Shown in pieces: positions 1 through 10,587 of a stretch of 64,000 nucleotides of DNA; position 1 is the first letter of the stretch; each line of letters opens with the position of its first letter. Source of the DNA: Schmidtea polychroa (lineage: Eukaryota); the NCBI GenBank assembly GCA_044892525.1, contig CM097888.1, forward strand, positions 71,424,001 to 71,488,000, in the 5' to 3' direction. Below the pieces are notes generated by a model, which worked only from the letters and a program-made list of their open reading frames with translations, did not search any database and was not told the origin of the DNA. The position numbers were made by a program, and so were the translations under genes.

Positions 1-273
1 CCAAGCGGATTAAATAAATAATCAGTTTCATCGACATAGAATTTCTCTCACAAACAGTAATCTCTTCCTTTTCCTTGTGCGAAATCTGGGTTGATTGATT
101 TATCTTCTTATAATTAAAGCCCCGAAAGGGTACGAGAATCCATCGCGTAGTAGAACTTGTCCTGACTGGTAAACCCTTATTTTTGTCTATGATCAGTACA
201 GTATGAATGTAGTCAGGTGGTGACGCTCCCGCTGATTTAATTATTTTCATTTTCTTTTTCACAGTCGCTCAAA

Positions 274-1023
274 ATGTTGCCAAATTCCAAGCCCGTTCTT
301 CGACCTTGTTTTTCTTGCTCCGACAAGAATTCAATTATCAAAGAGCTCCAGGCCCAAATTGGCAAGCACAAAAGAAGGATAGATGAGTTAGAGGGGACAT
401 GGTTTAGTCCCACCCAGATGAAGGAGGCTCAGAAGAAGCTGCACCGAAGCGAGCACTGTAGAGACGCGTTGATTTCCGAGAGTCGGGCGCAGAGGAGCCT
501 GATAAAAGAGCAGTCGGAGGCGCTGCACAAATTGTACGTCCAGGCCGCAACTACAAGGAAGATCGCGAAGATCCCGATTAACGAAGCCAGTAACCTTTTC
601 CCAGCACATCATGATATCTCTGGCGGGTCTTCTCCTCCAGTCGGAAAGTCCTGCCATGGGTGCGTAGAGACCGAGCTCTCACCTAAAGGACCAGAAATCA
701 TCTTTACCGGAACCAGTAAAGTGCTACCTGCGATAGCATCCACCTCAGCAGCACCCTCGACCAACCAAACAGCATCGAAGCCAAAGCGTCGACAATTATC
801 GAGAGCAGAACGAAAGAAAAAACAGCGGGAACGCATAACCGCCAAACAGAACCAGCAATCGTCGGATCATCCAATCAAAGTCATCAACCCCCCTGCAGCA
901 ATCGATTTAGCACCAGTGATCTCAGGGCGAATCATCTCCGCCGCTGGTGTTACCTGGGAGGAAAACGCCTCTGAGTTTTTCGATTTGGAAGATCTATTGG
1001 CAGACTCGGAGTGGGAGAAATGA
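274..1023 (+). CDS. Uncharacterised 249-aa LTR-borne protein (CxxC, coiled coil, second CxxC, basic segment, acidic/aromatic C-terminus)
   Basis: Open frame with a homolog at 38322-39034 that differs mostly at synonymous sites. Predicted 5'UTR intron 169-264 (CTG|GTAAAC...TTTTTCACAG|); AATAAA about 135 nt after the stop. Confidence 0.8.
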   Translation: MLPNSKPVLRPCFSCSDKNSIIKELQAQIGKHKRRIDELEGTWFSPTQMKEAQKKLHRSEHCRDALISESRAQRSLIKEQSEALHKLYVQAATTRKIAKIPINEASNLFPAHHDISGGSSPPVGKSCHGCVETELSPKGPEIIFTGTSKVLPAIASTSAAPSTNQTASKPKRRQLSRAERKKKQRERITAKQNQQSSDHPIKVINPPAAIDLAPVISGRIISAAGVTWEENASEFFDLEDLLADSEWEK

Positions 1024-1314
1024 GAACTTCCCCGTAAAAAGTCTTCGTTCTCTGAATTGACCTGAACATTGTCTGATAACATTTTACCTTGTCTCTTTTC
1101 CCGTTGTCGTGAACTTTATTGTATAGGTGTTAGATATATTTGTGTGATAATCTTAATAATAAACCATTTTTGTCTGCATACGTTCTTTTTGTGTTCATCT
1201 TAAGACAGTTGAGTTGAAATTGGTAAATGGTATTGAGAGTCATAAAATTATGAGGAGCATTAGTCAGTTGGTAAACTCAGCTAGAAATATTGCGATGGGG
1301 CGACGGAATGAGTA

Positions 1315-1587
1315 GACGTAAGTCCTTCTATCGGCAGTCAGGGTTGGGAAGTCGAGGCCTCAGTAAGGAGTAGTCCGAAGGAGCTGGCTCACCTGCTTAC
1401 TGGCGTCTCGCCGGCATAGCACAGTTCCAACGTGAAGCAATTCACGGGTGCTATGTTGGAGTGTAAGTTATGTACGGGTCCCGCTCGGCGATGACCAAAT
1501 AAATGACGGGCGAAATCGAGGTGGGCATTCATCCTCTAGACTAAAGCTGCACTAGAAAGGGGTCATCCGAGTAGTGTACCCGCAACA
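1315..1587 (+). ncRNA. Conserved structured RNA motif, copy A (class unknown)
   Basis: GAC-GTAA-GTC hairpin; CAGTAAG/CTTACTG helix; CATAGCAC(1415-22)/GTGCTATG(1448-55) helix enclosing CGTGAA-GCAA-TTCACG. Covaries with copies B, C and D. Confidence 0.55.
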
Positions 1588-2401
1588 TACCTATTATAAT
1601 AGCTGGAGATGAATACATAGTTAACAATCTTAACATGAATATTATAATTATTATAGTAAGCTGTTTTGAATTCGGGTTTTAGGGGTACCAGATATATGAA
1701 CCGCACAGAGCGCAATAATGCCTTGTTACGGCCCTGCGTTCAAATAATATTTTAATGACTAATTCGTAAAAGCATCAGTAACTAATTAAAAAAATCCACA
1801 TAAAAATAATTTAAATAAATATTGGCTTTTACTTTTTTTATAACAAACATAAAGATTTGTTAATAGTGCTCTTTGTTCTATTATTTTTAGACTAAACTGA
1901 CAAGCTGAATTGCAGATGTTTATATTTACAAATCTTTAAAATTTATCAATAGCGGAATTATATACCAACTTTACCGTCATGAGACAGGTAAGTTTTACAC
2001 TACTATATAAAATGTCATTACAAAGGTAATTCTGCTCAGTACTATAGGAACGGTAGATTCAGATCACTGGTAAATATGGTTAATAGAAAGGTCATAAATA
2101 CGAAGCTACTAAATCCGAAAAATTAAAACCAAAACTTCTAAGATTGAATCTCGCCCAGACTTCAAGATAAAGAGGATAATGTGTTATTTAATGGCTCGTC
2201 CATTGGATGTGGCTTAGTCATAATAATATATTCGACATCTTCACCATTTTCGGTTTTACTGGTTAAAAGGAAAGGTTAGTAGAGTGAAAAATTATAGAGA
2301 TCCGTATTTATATAACCTCACAAAACAGAAATTTAAATATTCATTTTTCAAATATAGCAAATAATCAGTTAAAACAATCAAATTAAAATTTATATTTTTA
2401 A

Positions 2402-5400
2402 TTATAATTCACATCTGACTTCTGAAATCATTTTCGATAACATTTGGTTACACAGTGCAGCATATGGATTGTTGATTATTACAAGTCTCCTAGCAAATTG
2501 ACCACCCAATTTACTTGCTCTTCTAAAATATTAAATATAAATGCCTGGGAAAAGTTATTACTTACTCCCAATCTTCCATTGCAAGTTTATCTTCTCCGAG
2601 ATACTTATAAATAATACCTCTTTGGGTTAGAGCTTGGATTCCCACTTTTCCTAGACCACCATTCAACTCGATCGCTCTATTTAAATCATTCATTGCGTCT
2701 GAAATACATTTCAAAAATAAAATTCTACAATTTCAATTTATATCTGCTATTCTGATTTAACAAAAATAGTGCATAGTGCAAATTTATTTGTATTTATATA
2801 TTAAACATTTTGTTTTAAATTTAATACATTTTTATTTAATAAAAGAAACTTTCTTGAATTTTTAATTATTTTTTTTAGTTTCTAGACATAATTTTGATTA
2901 AAATATATTTTTTTAATTTCATATGAAAATTTGCACATTGTAGGGTTAATAATTTATTCATTCTTAAAATATTTGGCATCATACAAACTCAACTGTTAAT
3001 AATTAACATTTCAAAATTAAATAGCTAGTAATGAATTTTTCAGTTACGAGAAGTATTTGTGAGGTTGAATGATCCTTCTACTATATATAACTATAAATTA
3101 CTTTACAAAAATTAGCTCGACATTTTTAAAATTTCCCCAGGCCTGTTAGATTAGAGTTGCGGATCGGCGTTTGATGAACACTCTATTTCAGGGATGGAGA
3201 ACCTTTTTATTTCCATAGGCCACATTGACATTTGTCGCCTCCAAATTGGGCCGCAGTCAAAAAAATATAACTCGGTTGGAATTTATGGCACTACTAGTAT
3301 ACAATGTCAAAACAAAGAAATATTTAATTAATAATGAACTGATTGATAAACTTGACAGGTTATGCGACATATTTTAAAAAAAATGAGTAGTATTATATCT
3401 TCAATATTAAAAAATATCTAAAAAAAAACTCTAAATATGTTTGTTGGTGTGTTTGCCAATAAAATTCAAAGCGACTGATTCTAGAGTAATTACCATTAAT
3501 TGAAGTGTTCAGTTAGTGTTTATTTTTTCTTCAAATTGTACTGTGTTTTTTTTTGTGTTAGATTTTTTTATTAAAAATGGAAGTGGAGGAAGATGATTAT
3601 TTAAAAATTATTAACTATCTAAACTATAAAACTTTAAATGCAATAAAAGCAATTAAAAGCTTTAAAACCAATAAAACCCATATGTTTGTGGGTGGGTGTA
3701 TTTGTAGCTTTTTCTCTAAGCACATCCTAAACTGGCACATCTGGAACGTTAAGAATTTACAAGGACATATCTTTGATGCTAACGCCGCAAACTAAAAAGA
3801 TATTTTTTCTTGAATCTGCATATAAAAAGATAAATCCGATATATTCATTCATTCGTTCATCTATCACAGGGATGGCGAACCTATGGCACGCGTGCCCAAA
3901 GTGGCACGCAGATAAATTTTCGCTGGCACGTATAATATTTTTCATTTTCATACATATGTAATGTACTGACTAATCCAAATGCATTTTTGATATTGAAAAA
4001 ATTGTGAACTCAATTCAAATTTAATGCATAAATTTTGTTATTTAAAAACGAACTTCCAGATTTCTGGCGCCTTTATTCATAACGTTAAAATATAATTATA
4101 TTATTTGCGTATGTAGGTATAGGTATGTACAAGTATGAACATGTAATTTTAAATTTTCTATTCATGGAGTCTATGAAATTAATATAAATTTTTATAGCCA
4201 AGTTATAAGTGACATACAAAACAATTTTGCTAATAGATTTCAAGATTTCAAAAAATTTCAACCATTAATTAACTTTATTAAATATCCAGACAAGTTTGAT
4301 ATGGAAACTGCTAAAATTGATCAATTAGACTGGTTACAGTTGGAGAATTTAGAAATGCAGTTGGCAGAGTTTCAATCAAGTTCTATTTGGAAGCTGAAAT
4401 TTATAGAGTTAAGGCAAGAAATAGAAAATAATGAAAAAAAAGATTAAATGAAGAAGAATACGAAAACATGAATAATATGTTGTTGAAGACATGGTGTTCG
4501 CTCCCAGAAACATTTAATGCGATGAAGAAATTGTCTTTAGCTATTCTAACAATATTTTCATCAACGTATAGCTGTGAAAGTCTATTTTCGATTATGAATA
4601 ATATAAAATCTGATGTACGAAACAGACTTACCGATGAATGTGGGGAGGCTTGTATTTCATTAAAATTGTCAAACTATGATCCGGATATTGATGCATTATC
4701 GAGAAATATTCAGCAACAAAAATCCCATTAAAAACATGTCAGTATATTATAGAAATGAATCTATATATAATTTTTAAAAGCATGTATTTTCATTTAATAA
4801 AAATAATTTGTATTGGCACGCATGTATTTTCATTTTATAAAAATAATATTTATTGGCACGCAGTCAAAAAAGGTTCGCCATCCCTGATCTATCACAATAT
4901 CTCACAAACCATAGAGCACGTTCCTACAATGGTGTAGGGTCATTCAGGCTGTTGTGTCAGCTGTGCGGTTTTCAACTTTCCCATGCGAAGCCGTCAAATA
5001 AAAATAGTAGACCAATCCCTCGAATTACGCGGTCATAAAAAAATAATATTTTTTAATGAAATCAAACATATTTTGTAGCAAGTGTCTCTCAAATGCATAT
5101 ATTGCATAAGATTGCTCACATTTCAACAACAAAGATTTAAAAAAAAACAAAACACAAAAATCGGTTACAAACTATTTAATAAGACGAGAAGAAGAGCACG
5201 CTGCTGGATTTGAATCCGATAGCAGTAGCGAATTCGAGCCAACCAAAAGAAAAAATTGGTTGAATTAGAATATAGTAGTGAGGAGGCGGAATAATTAAAT
5301 TACAATTATTCCTTTTAATATACCTTTTAACTATGAACATGTTATAAATTTTACAATTTAAAATTTAAATTTCGATTTTTTAATTCTATTTCTAAATAAA

Positions 5401-7485
5401 ATTGTATTTTTTATGCCTCGTTTTACACGAGTTTCTGGAACCTATCCTCTTACTTTATATGAACTCGAAGTCTCGATTTACACAGATTTTTATTTTCTGG
5501 GACCTATCTATCATTTTTGTATGAATTTGAAGTCTCGATTTACGCGATTTTGATTTGCGATCTTTCACTTGACACTGAAAATAAATTCAACACTCTGCTT
5601 GATGACTATACAATGCTTATTACAACACTCGATGAGGAATAGCACTTTTGTAAAACACCAGATTAAAAGATCACAAATTACTGATTGGTTTCTAAACTGG
5701 GATTTTGAGCTGGTTGTTTTCTTTGACTTTCTTCACAACTTTATTCAAATAATCAAATAACTTCTTTTCGTTTTATTATTCAACTAATTCTTCAACTCTT
5801 TACAATTATTTTTGGCAATCGTTTGTCCAACAACGTTTCGTCCAACGTCTAATTTTCTCCAATAATTTTATCTCTCAAATCGTCTCTCAAATCGTTTCTC
5901 AAATTGTCTCTCAAATCGTTTCTCAAATTGTCTCTCAAATCGTCTTTCAAATTGTTTTCAATTTCGCGTCCCTTTTGTCTCTAATTTTCTTCTAATTTCA
6001 TGTCCACCAGTTTCCCTCATATAGTTCGCTTCTCTTGTGGCACTCCAGATAATCAAGTGTTTTTCCATTTTCCTTCTCCTGCTTTCCCCGACTGTCCCAT
6101 TTTTATCTCTGACAGCTGTCAAGTTGTTTTCATTTTCCCCTTTTTTGTTTGACCGCCTTCTACCATCAATTCTGTTATCACTGGCAAGCTGTCGAGATAA
6201 GGATATTGTTGTTTTCCTTTTTCCCCGATTTGTACTTTTCCTTTTTGTACTAATTAATTAGTACTGACCTTGGTTTTCATTTTCCTTTTTGATTCCTTTT
6301 ATTTCCTTTATCTTTCTCATTTTTAATTTCTTTTTACTTCCGTTTTCTTTTCTGAGTTCCAATAGATCGTCCCGTTTGTCATGGCGATCTTCCCCCCAGG
6401 TAATTTTATTTATTTCTTTATAAATTATTATTTAGGTATCCTCAACAGAACGTATCTACCGCATAAATCGAGGGATTGGTGTACTATCACAAGGAAGATT
6501 TAGTCTTGAATATTATTTTTATTGTTGATATTTTATATTTACCATTGTTTTAATTTTACTGGTTTTTTTTATTTGGTCCATTTTGCATTGTAATTGTTTG
6601 TGTACCAATATTTTACAATAACTTATTTTAATCGACAGCACTGAATTTTTATTTCGATGTTATCTGAAAATCTACTTGTATCTATTACATGATACACAAT
6701 ACGTCTGTCTTGATTACATTTCATTTTTTGATTTGAATATTTTCTATGTCAACGGCAACTAAATTTGAGAAATTGATTTTAATCTAATTCAATAACAAAT
6801 TAGGTTAATGTACTTAGAGTTTAATTGATTTAGTAAAATTATAGTAAAATTATTTAATAAAATTATAGTAACTGAAATAATTAAACATAGGTACCTCTTG
6901 CCGATACTTGACACATGTAAATTCTTCTATATTCATATAATTCCCTTTAAAATTGATACACTTTCCTAGCAATTCACTCTTAGAAAAACAAAATAATAAA
7001 ATAATAATAATAGTAATAATAATAATAAATATTTTTTAAATTTAAATTCTAATTGGGAAATATTTATAATAAATCACAAATCCGTCACATTTCAATAAAG
7101 ATTAATAATATCTGTGAAAATTTTTTATACAATAACCAACCTTCATTTTGTTTCAACAATTGATAAACTTGAGCGCGGTTATTAAAAGCTGAGGCGTAAT
7201 TGGGGTTTAAATGAATAATTTTCCCTAGGACTTCTAGAGCTTCGTCATATTTTTTCATTTCAGCCAGTTTAATAGCCTCTACTTCCTGCCTATAATATAT
7301 TTATGTTTCATTTTGAAAATCAAATTAAAAATTAATTAATAATTAAAATTCAACTTGACAATCTCTGGATCTAGTGGTTCCAAATTTGCCGATTCTATTG
7401 TTTCATCGTCGAAATCTCTCAAATCTTCTCCACTGAATATTCTTGTTAATATTTCTTTGTCGTGCGATGTTAAATTCTGATTCAT
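2402..7485 (-). CDS. TTC36: Tetratricopeptide repeat protein 36, 177 aa; exons 7485-7355, 7289-7141, 2698-2566, 2522-2402
   Basis: Hand-spliced GT-AG exons total 534 nt with consistent phases. Motifs SHDKEILTRIF, SAFNNRAQ, DLNRAIELNGG and NPYAALCNQML match the TTC36 family as recalled. Confidence 0.9.
3189..3260 (+). mobile_element. Orphan left end of a Buster-type hAT element
   Basis: CAGGGATGGAGAACC preceded by ctcTAttt; no matching right end found. Confidence 0.45.
3867..4886 (+). mobile_element. Internally deleted Buster-type hAT element (1020 bp) with transposase C-terminal remnant
   Basis: TIR CAGGGATGGCGAACCT / AGGTTCGCCATCCCTG and perfect 8-bp TSD ATCTATCA. ORF 4468-4731 has FSSTYSCESLFS..R.RL (hAT dimerisation domain). 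Confidence 0.92.
5005..5560. mobile_element. Degenerate Tc1/pogo-like non-autonomous remnant
   Basis: Repeated CTCG(A/T)TTTAC(A/G)C subterminal motifs and GG(A)ACCTATC boxes; no clean TIR pair. Confidence 0.3.
5871..5966. repeat. 12-bp tandem repeat, about 7-8 copies of TCTCTCAAATCG variants
   Basis: Units read directly at 5871, 5883, 5895, 5907, 5919, 5931 and 5943. Confidence 0.9.
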
Positions 7486-7970
7486 TATAAAAATTTTAAA
7501 TTATTAACAAAATTGTTGTTTGGACTTTGGATAAAGTAACATCAACGTAATCTGGTTAAACAAAATAATCAAATGAACGAATTCTTTAGAATTAAAAAAT
7601 GTTAATTTGAAAATGGGAAGTCTAGATATAATGAAATTCAGTTTTTATAAATCCGGGGGAGTTTAATTTAAAATACAACAGTACAAAATTGCAAAGATCA
7701 CTTAATTAATAAAAGTGTTAAATAATTTCAATCATATTTATTTACTATTAAGATAACATTTTGGAATCACTAGTCAAATTAGCCTTTCCCCTTTTAATTG
7801 AGTGATTACATAATATTTAATTATTTAATAATTTTTATTAAATTTTTTTATTATTTTATTATATATTATCATTTTTTTAAATTTATCTATTTTTATTTAA
7901 TTACTTTTGATGCCGCAAAAGTAACTAGCATCATAAACCAAAAAAATACATCACTGGTTGGGAAGCCCTG

Positions 7971-8162
7971 ATCTAGAACTTCTTGATACGCGTCTATAAT
8001 TTTAGTCGGGTGAATTTTCTGTTGTAAAAATGAAAGCACTTGACTTAATAATTCTCTGGCAATAATAATGAGAGATGTTGTGACATCACCAACGTCTTTA
8101 TCTTGTGTCCTCGCTGCTGGTCATTCAACAGTAATTTCTCTTATAATTGCATTTCCATCATT
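7971..8162 (-). pseudogene. CCT3: CCT3 (TCP1-gamma chaperonin) pseudogene fragment
   Basis: Translates NDGNAIIREITVE*PAARTQDKDVGDVTTSLIIIARELL...IHPTKIIDAYQEVLD, against recalled CCT3 [38 protein letters not shown]. It has an in-frame stop and a 7-aa deletion, and abuts a hAT right end (GGTTGGGAAGCCCTG, to 7970). Confidence 0.75.
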
Positions 8163-8747
8163 AATCAGTAGGACTCATTAGGATTTTAAATTTAACCACT
8201 AACAACCTTATTTTATTACCATGTGTATTAAACAATACAAATTCGCAATATAATAAAATTGTAGCACCAATTTATTCATCCAGGATTGACCATTGTCATT
8301 AATGTGGGAAATTTAAGTAAACTAAATAGGTACATAGATGGGAAATATATATCTTAAAGTAAATTCATAACTAACGATGGATTTTTCAATATTTTATATT
8401 TGCAAAATAATCTAAAAGTTCATCAAAGTCTAAGTCTAAAAATCTGTTGTTAAGTGTTGGATTAATATTACTTGCATAATATTCAGAGAAATGCTATTAA
8501 AGGAAATATTCTTAATTATGGAAACGCCACTCACTAGAAAAGATAAAGTCGCCATCAGTTCAACGAACAAAAATCAACGAATACCTTTTGGTTTCCAAAT
8601 TTAAATTTTAATTGTCCGCTTAATCCTAGGTCTATTTTATTTTGCAGCGACTTAGCCATTGTGTGCTTGAACCCCTATAGTCACGCCTTGAACTGACTCT
8701 ACTTATATGAATATAATATTAAAAAGCTTTTAAACTTTATATATAAT

Positions 8748-10238
8748 TGTTGGGCTGGAACCGAGAATTGAGAGTTTGTTTTAATGAATTGGAAATACAT
8801 AACATAAAAACCGCACCAAGTTAAATTAAAATTCACCAAATAATGCAAAATAAAGTACATAACACATTGAAGATAAATAAAACACGTATAATAAAATTAA
8901 GAACGCAAGAAGTTGGAATCACTAACACAGTTAAGAGAAAAATAAAGCATTAAAAAAAATCTATTAATTAGAAAAATAAAAAAATAATAAATAAATTTAA
9001 AATTGAAACTAAAAAATTTTCCAGTAAAACTGATAAGAATTAGAATAAAATTGGTTAAAATTATGTAAATCATGAAGTTGATAGAATTAAACGGTTGAAA
9101 TTAATAAAAAATTAAAATAAAACTACCTAAAAATATTTAAATTATAAATTTATAAAATTAAATTGTGAAAATTAATAAAAATTAAAAATTTTTGATTAAT
9201 TAAATTAATTAAATTAAAAAATAAATAATAACACACAATCATGTATGTGTGCAAAAGAAATTCAATGCTACTACATTTTAATTGGATATAGTAGCAGAGA
9301 ATGCGTAGGCGTACAATCAAAGTCGGTATAAATACCGATGGAAAATTCATTTAAAAGAACCAAAACTAACTACGACCACAAAAACAAGATCTTATTTTAT
9401 GCAGCTCTCAGTTTTTCGTTCTATGTCATCGTAGTAAGTTGGATTTGATTTTTAGTAATTTCATGTAAATTGTAATTTTATGTAGGTCATAATTTTATGT
9501 AATATCATGATTGAATAAAACTTTAAATTTAATTTAGTTTAGTTATTTTTTTTGTAATATTATTTTTTTTGTTTATTTCGTTCTTGAATTTTTAGTCATT
9601 TTATGAAATTTTGATGATTTATTGATGCCCCCAGATTGGAATACGTTTGTGGGCCGATGACACTCGTGCTCATGAACAGCGGATATTGACCAGTTTGGCA
9701 CATCATTTTTATGAAGTATAGTTAGAGATAGGATTGTTAATATTATAGAATCTACGAGTGGTTAGGATGTCAAATAGGTCAGAATTGGAAATATAGGCAG
9801 ATCCCTGCTCAAATTTTTTGAAATATAAGTTAAATATTCACAAATGTCACGGAAAATGCATAGTAACATTTATTAATAGGAAAATAAGGGCGGATACCTG
9901 CGAAAAATTTGAAGACAACGTTAGAAAACATCCAGTAAGGAGGACCATAATTACATGAATCAACAACAATAATCTAAGAAATAAATAGATAATGAATAAT
10001 GAATTAAGACCTTCTATCGGCAGTCCGGAACCCGAAAGGAAAATACAATGAGTAGTTTTAGCAATAAAGCTCACCTGCTCATTGATTTTCAACCATTGTG
10101 TACAGTACCAACATGGTCGTCGCCATGGGTACACAAATGGTAATAATCATGAAAGCGTTTAGGAAGGAATTGCGGAAAGATCCATAAATACCCCTAATCA
10201 TTTAAAAATAAAATGACACACCCTTAAGCGATCCAACA
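8748..10238 (+). mobile_element. Solo LTR, copy C (1491 bp), gypsy-like
   Basis: TGTTGG...CCAACA termini with 4-bp TSD TAAT on both sides. Order is A-rich block, TATAAATA at 9327, T-rich block, then the structured motif near the 3' end. Confidence 0.85.
10006..10141 (+). ncRNA. Conserved structured RNA motif, copy C
   Basis: CCTTCTATCGGCAGTC; CAATGAG/CTCATTG helix; AGTTTTA-GCAA-TAAAGCT hairpin; GCTCACCTG; GTGTAC/GTACAC helix with 8-nt bulge AGTACCAA and CATGG/CCATG hairpin. Confidence 0.5.
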
Positions 10239-10587
10239 TAATTATATTACTTTATTTTTAATAACATTCAATCAATCAGAATAGCTTATATGCTAAAACT
10301 AACCTTCATCACTCAATTATCTAATATATAAAAATGAAAGTATGTCCGGAAATATAAACTTCAAATTATTGGTAAAAGATAGACAAATGTATTCAACTTT
10401 TCAAGTTAAAAACGTAGAAAACCGAATGAACTTCTAATTCTAAATTTTTTTTAAATTTTTACCCGAAAAGATAACATGAAAGTTCATTTTTCTAACTGAT
10501 TTCAGAACGTTTATCATTTTTTTTTCATTATTGTCTCTTTTTTATTTCATTCTATCGGTATATCTGGATTGGATATTGTATGGCTGA

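Larger units (their letters stand above)
1..1587 (+). mobile_element. 3' part of a long LTR-like unit (copy A); 5' end lies outside the window
   Basis: ORF and 3' structured region are homologous to the TSD-flanked unit at 35676-39593. It ends CCCGCAACA at 1587, about the same distance after the shared CCGAGTA motif as the other copy. The TSD cannot be checked. Confidence 0.65.

Noticed and set aside
388-1082. Minus-strand ORFs 388-657, 609-845, 867-1082 and similar shadows over transposases and TTC7
   Set aside because: Antisense by-products of GC-richer coding DNA; synonymous-site conservation supports the other strand.
1318-1400. HDV-like ribozyme reading (CC-TTCTATC-GG as P3/L3; GTAAGT/GCTTAC as P2)
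   Set aside because: P3 has only 2 bp, there is no nearby P1 partner and no C-N-A-A J4/2, and covariation in C/D supports the competing H1 helix.
1365-1545. Group I intron-like words AAGGAGTAGTCC (S-like) and AGACTAAA (R-like)
   Set aside because: S precedes R, the reverse of group I order. No P3/P4/P6 could be built, TAGTC sits in a local hairpin, and copies C and D lack the R-like word.
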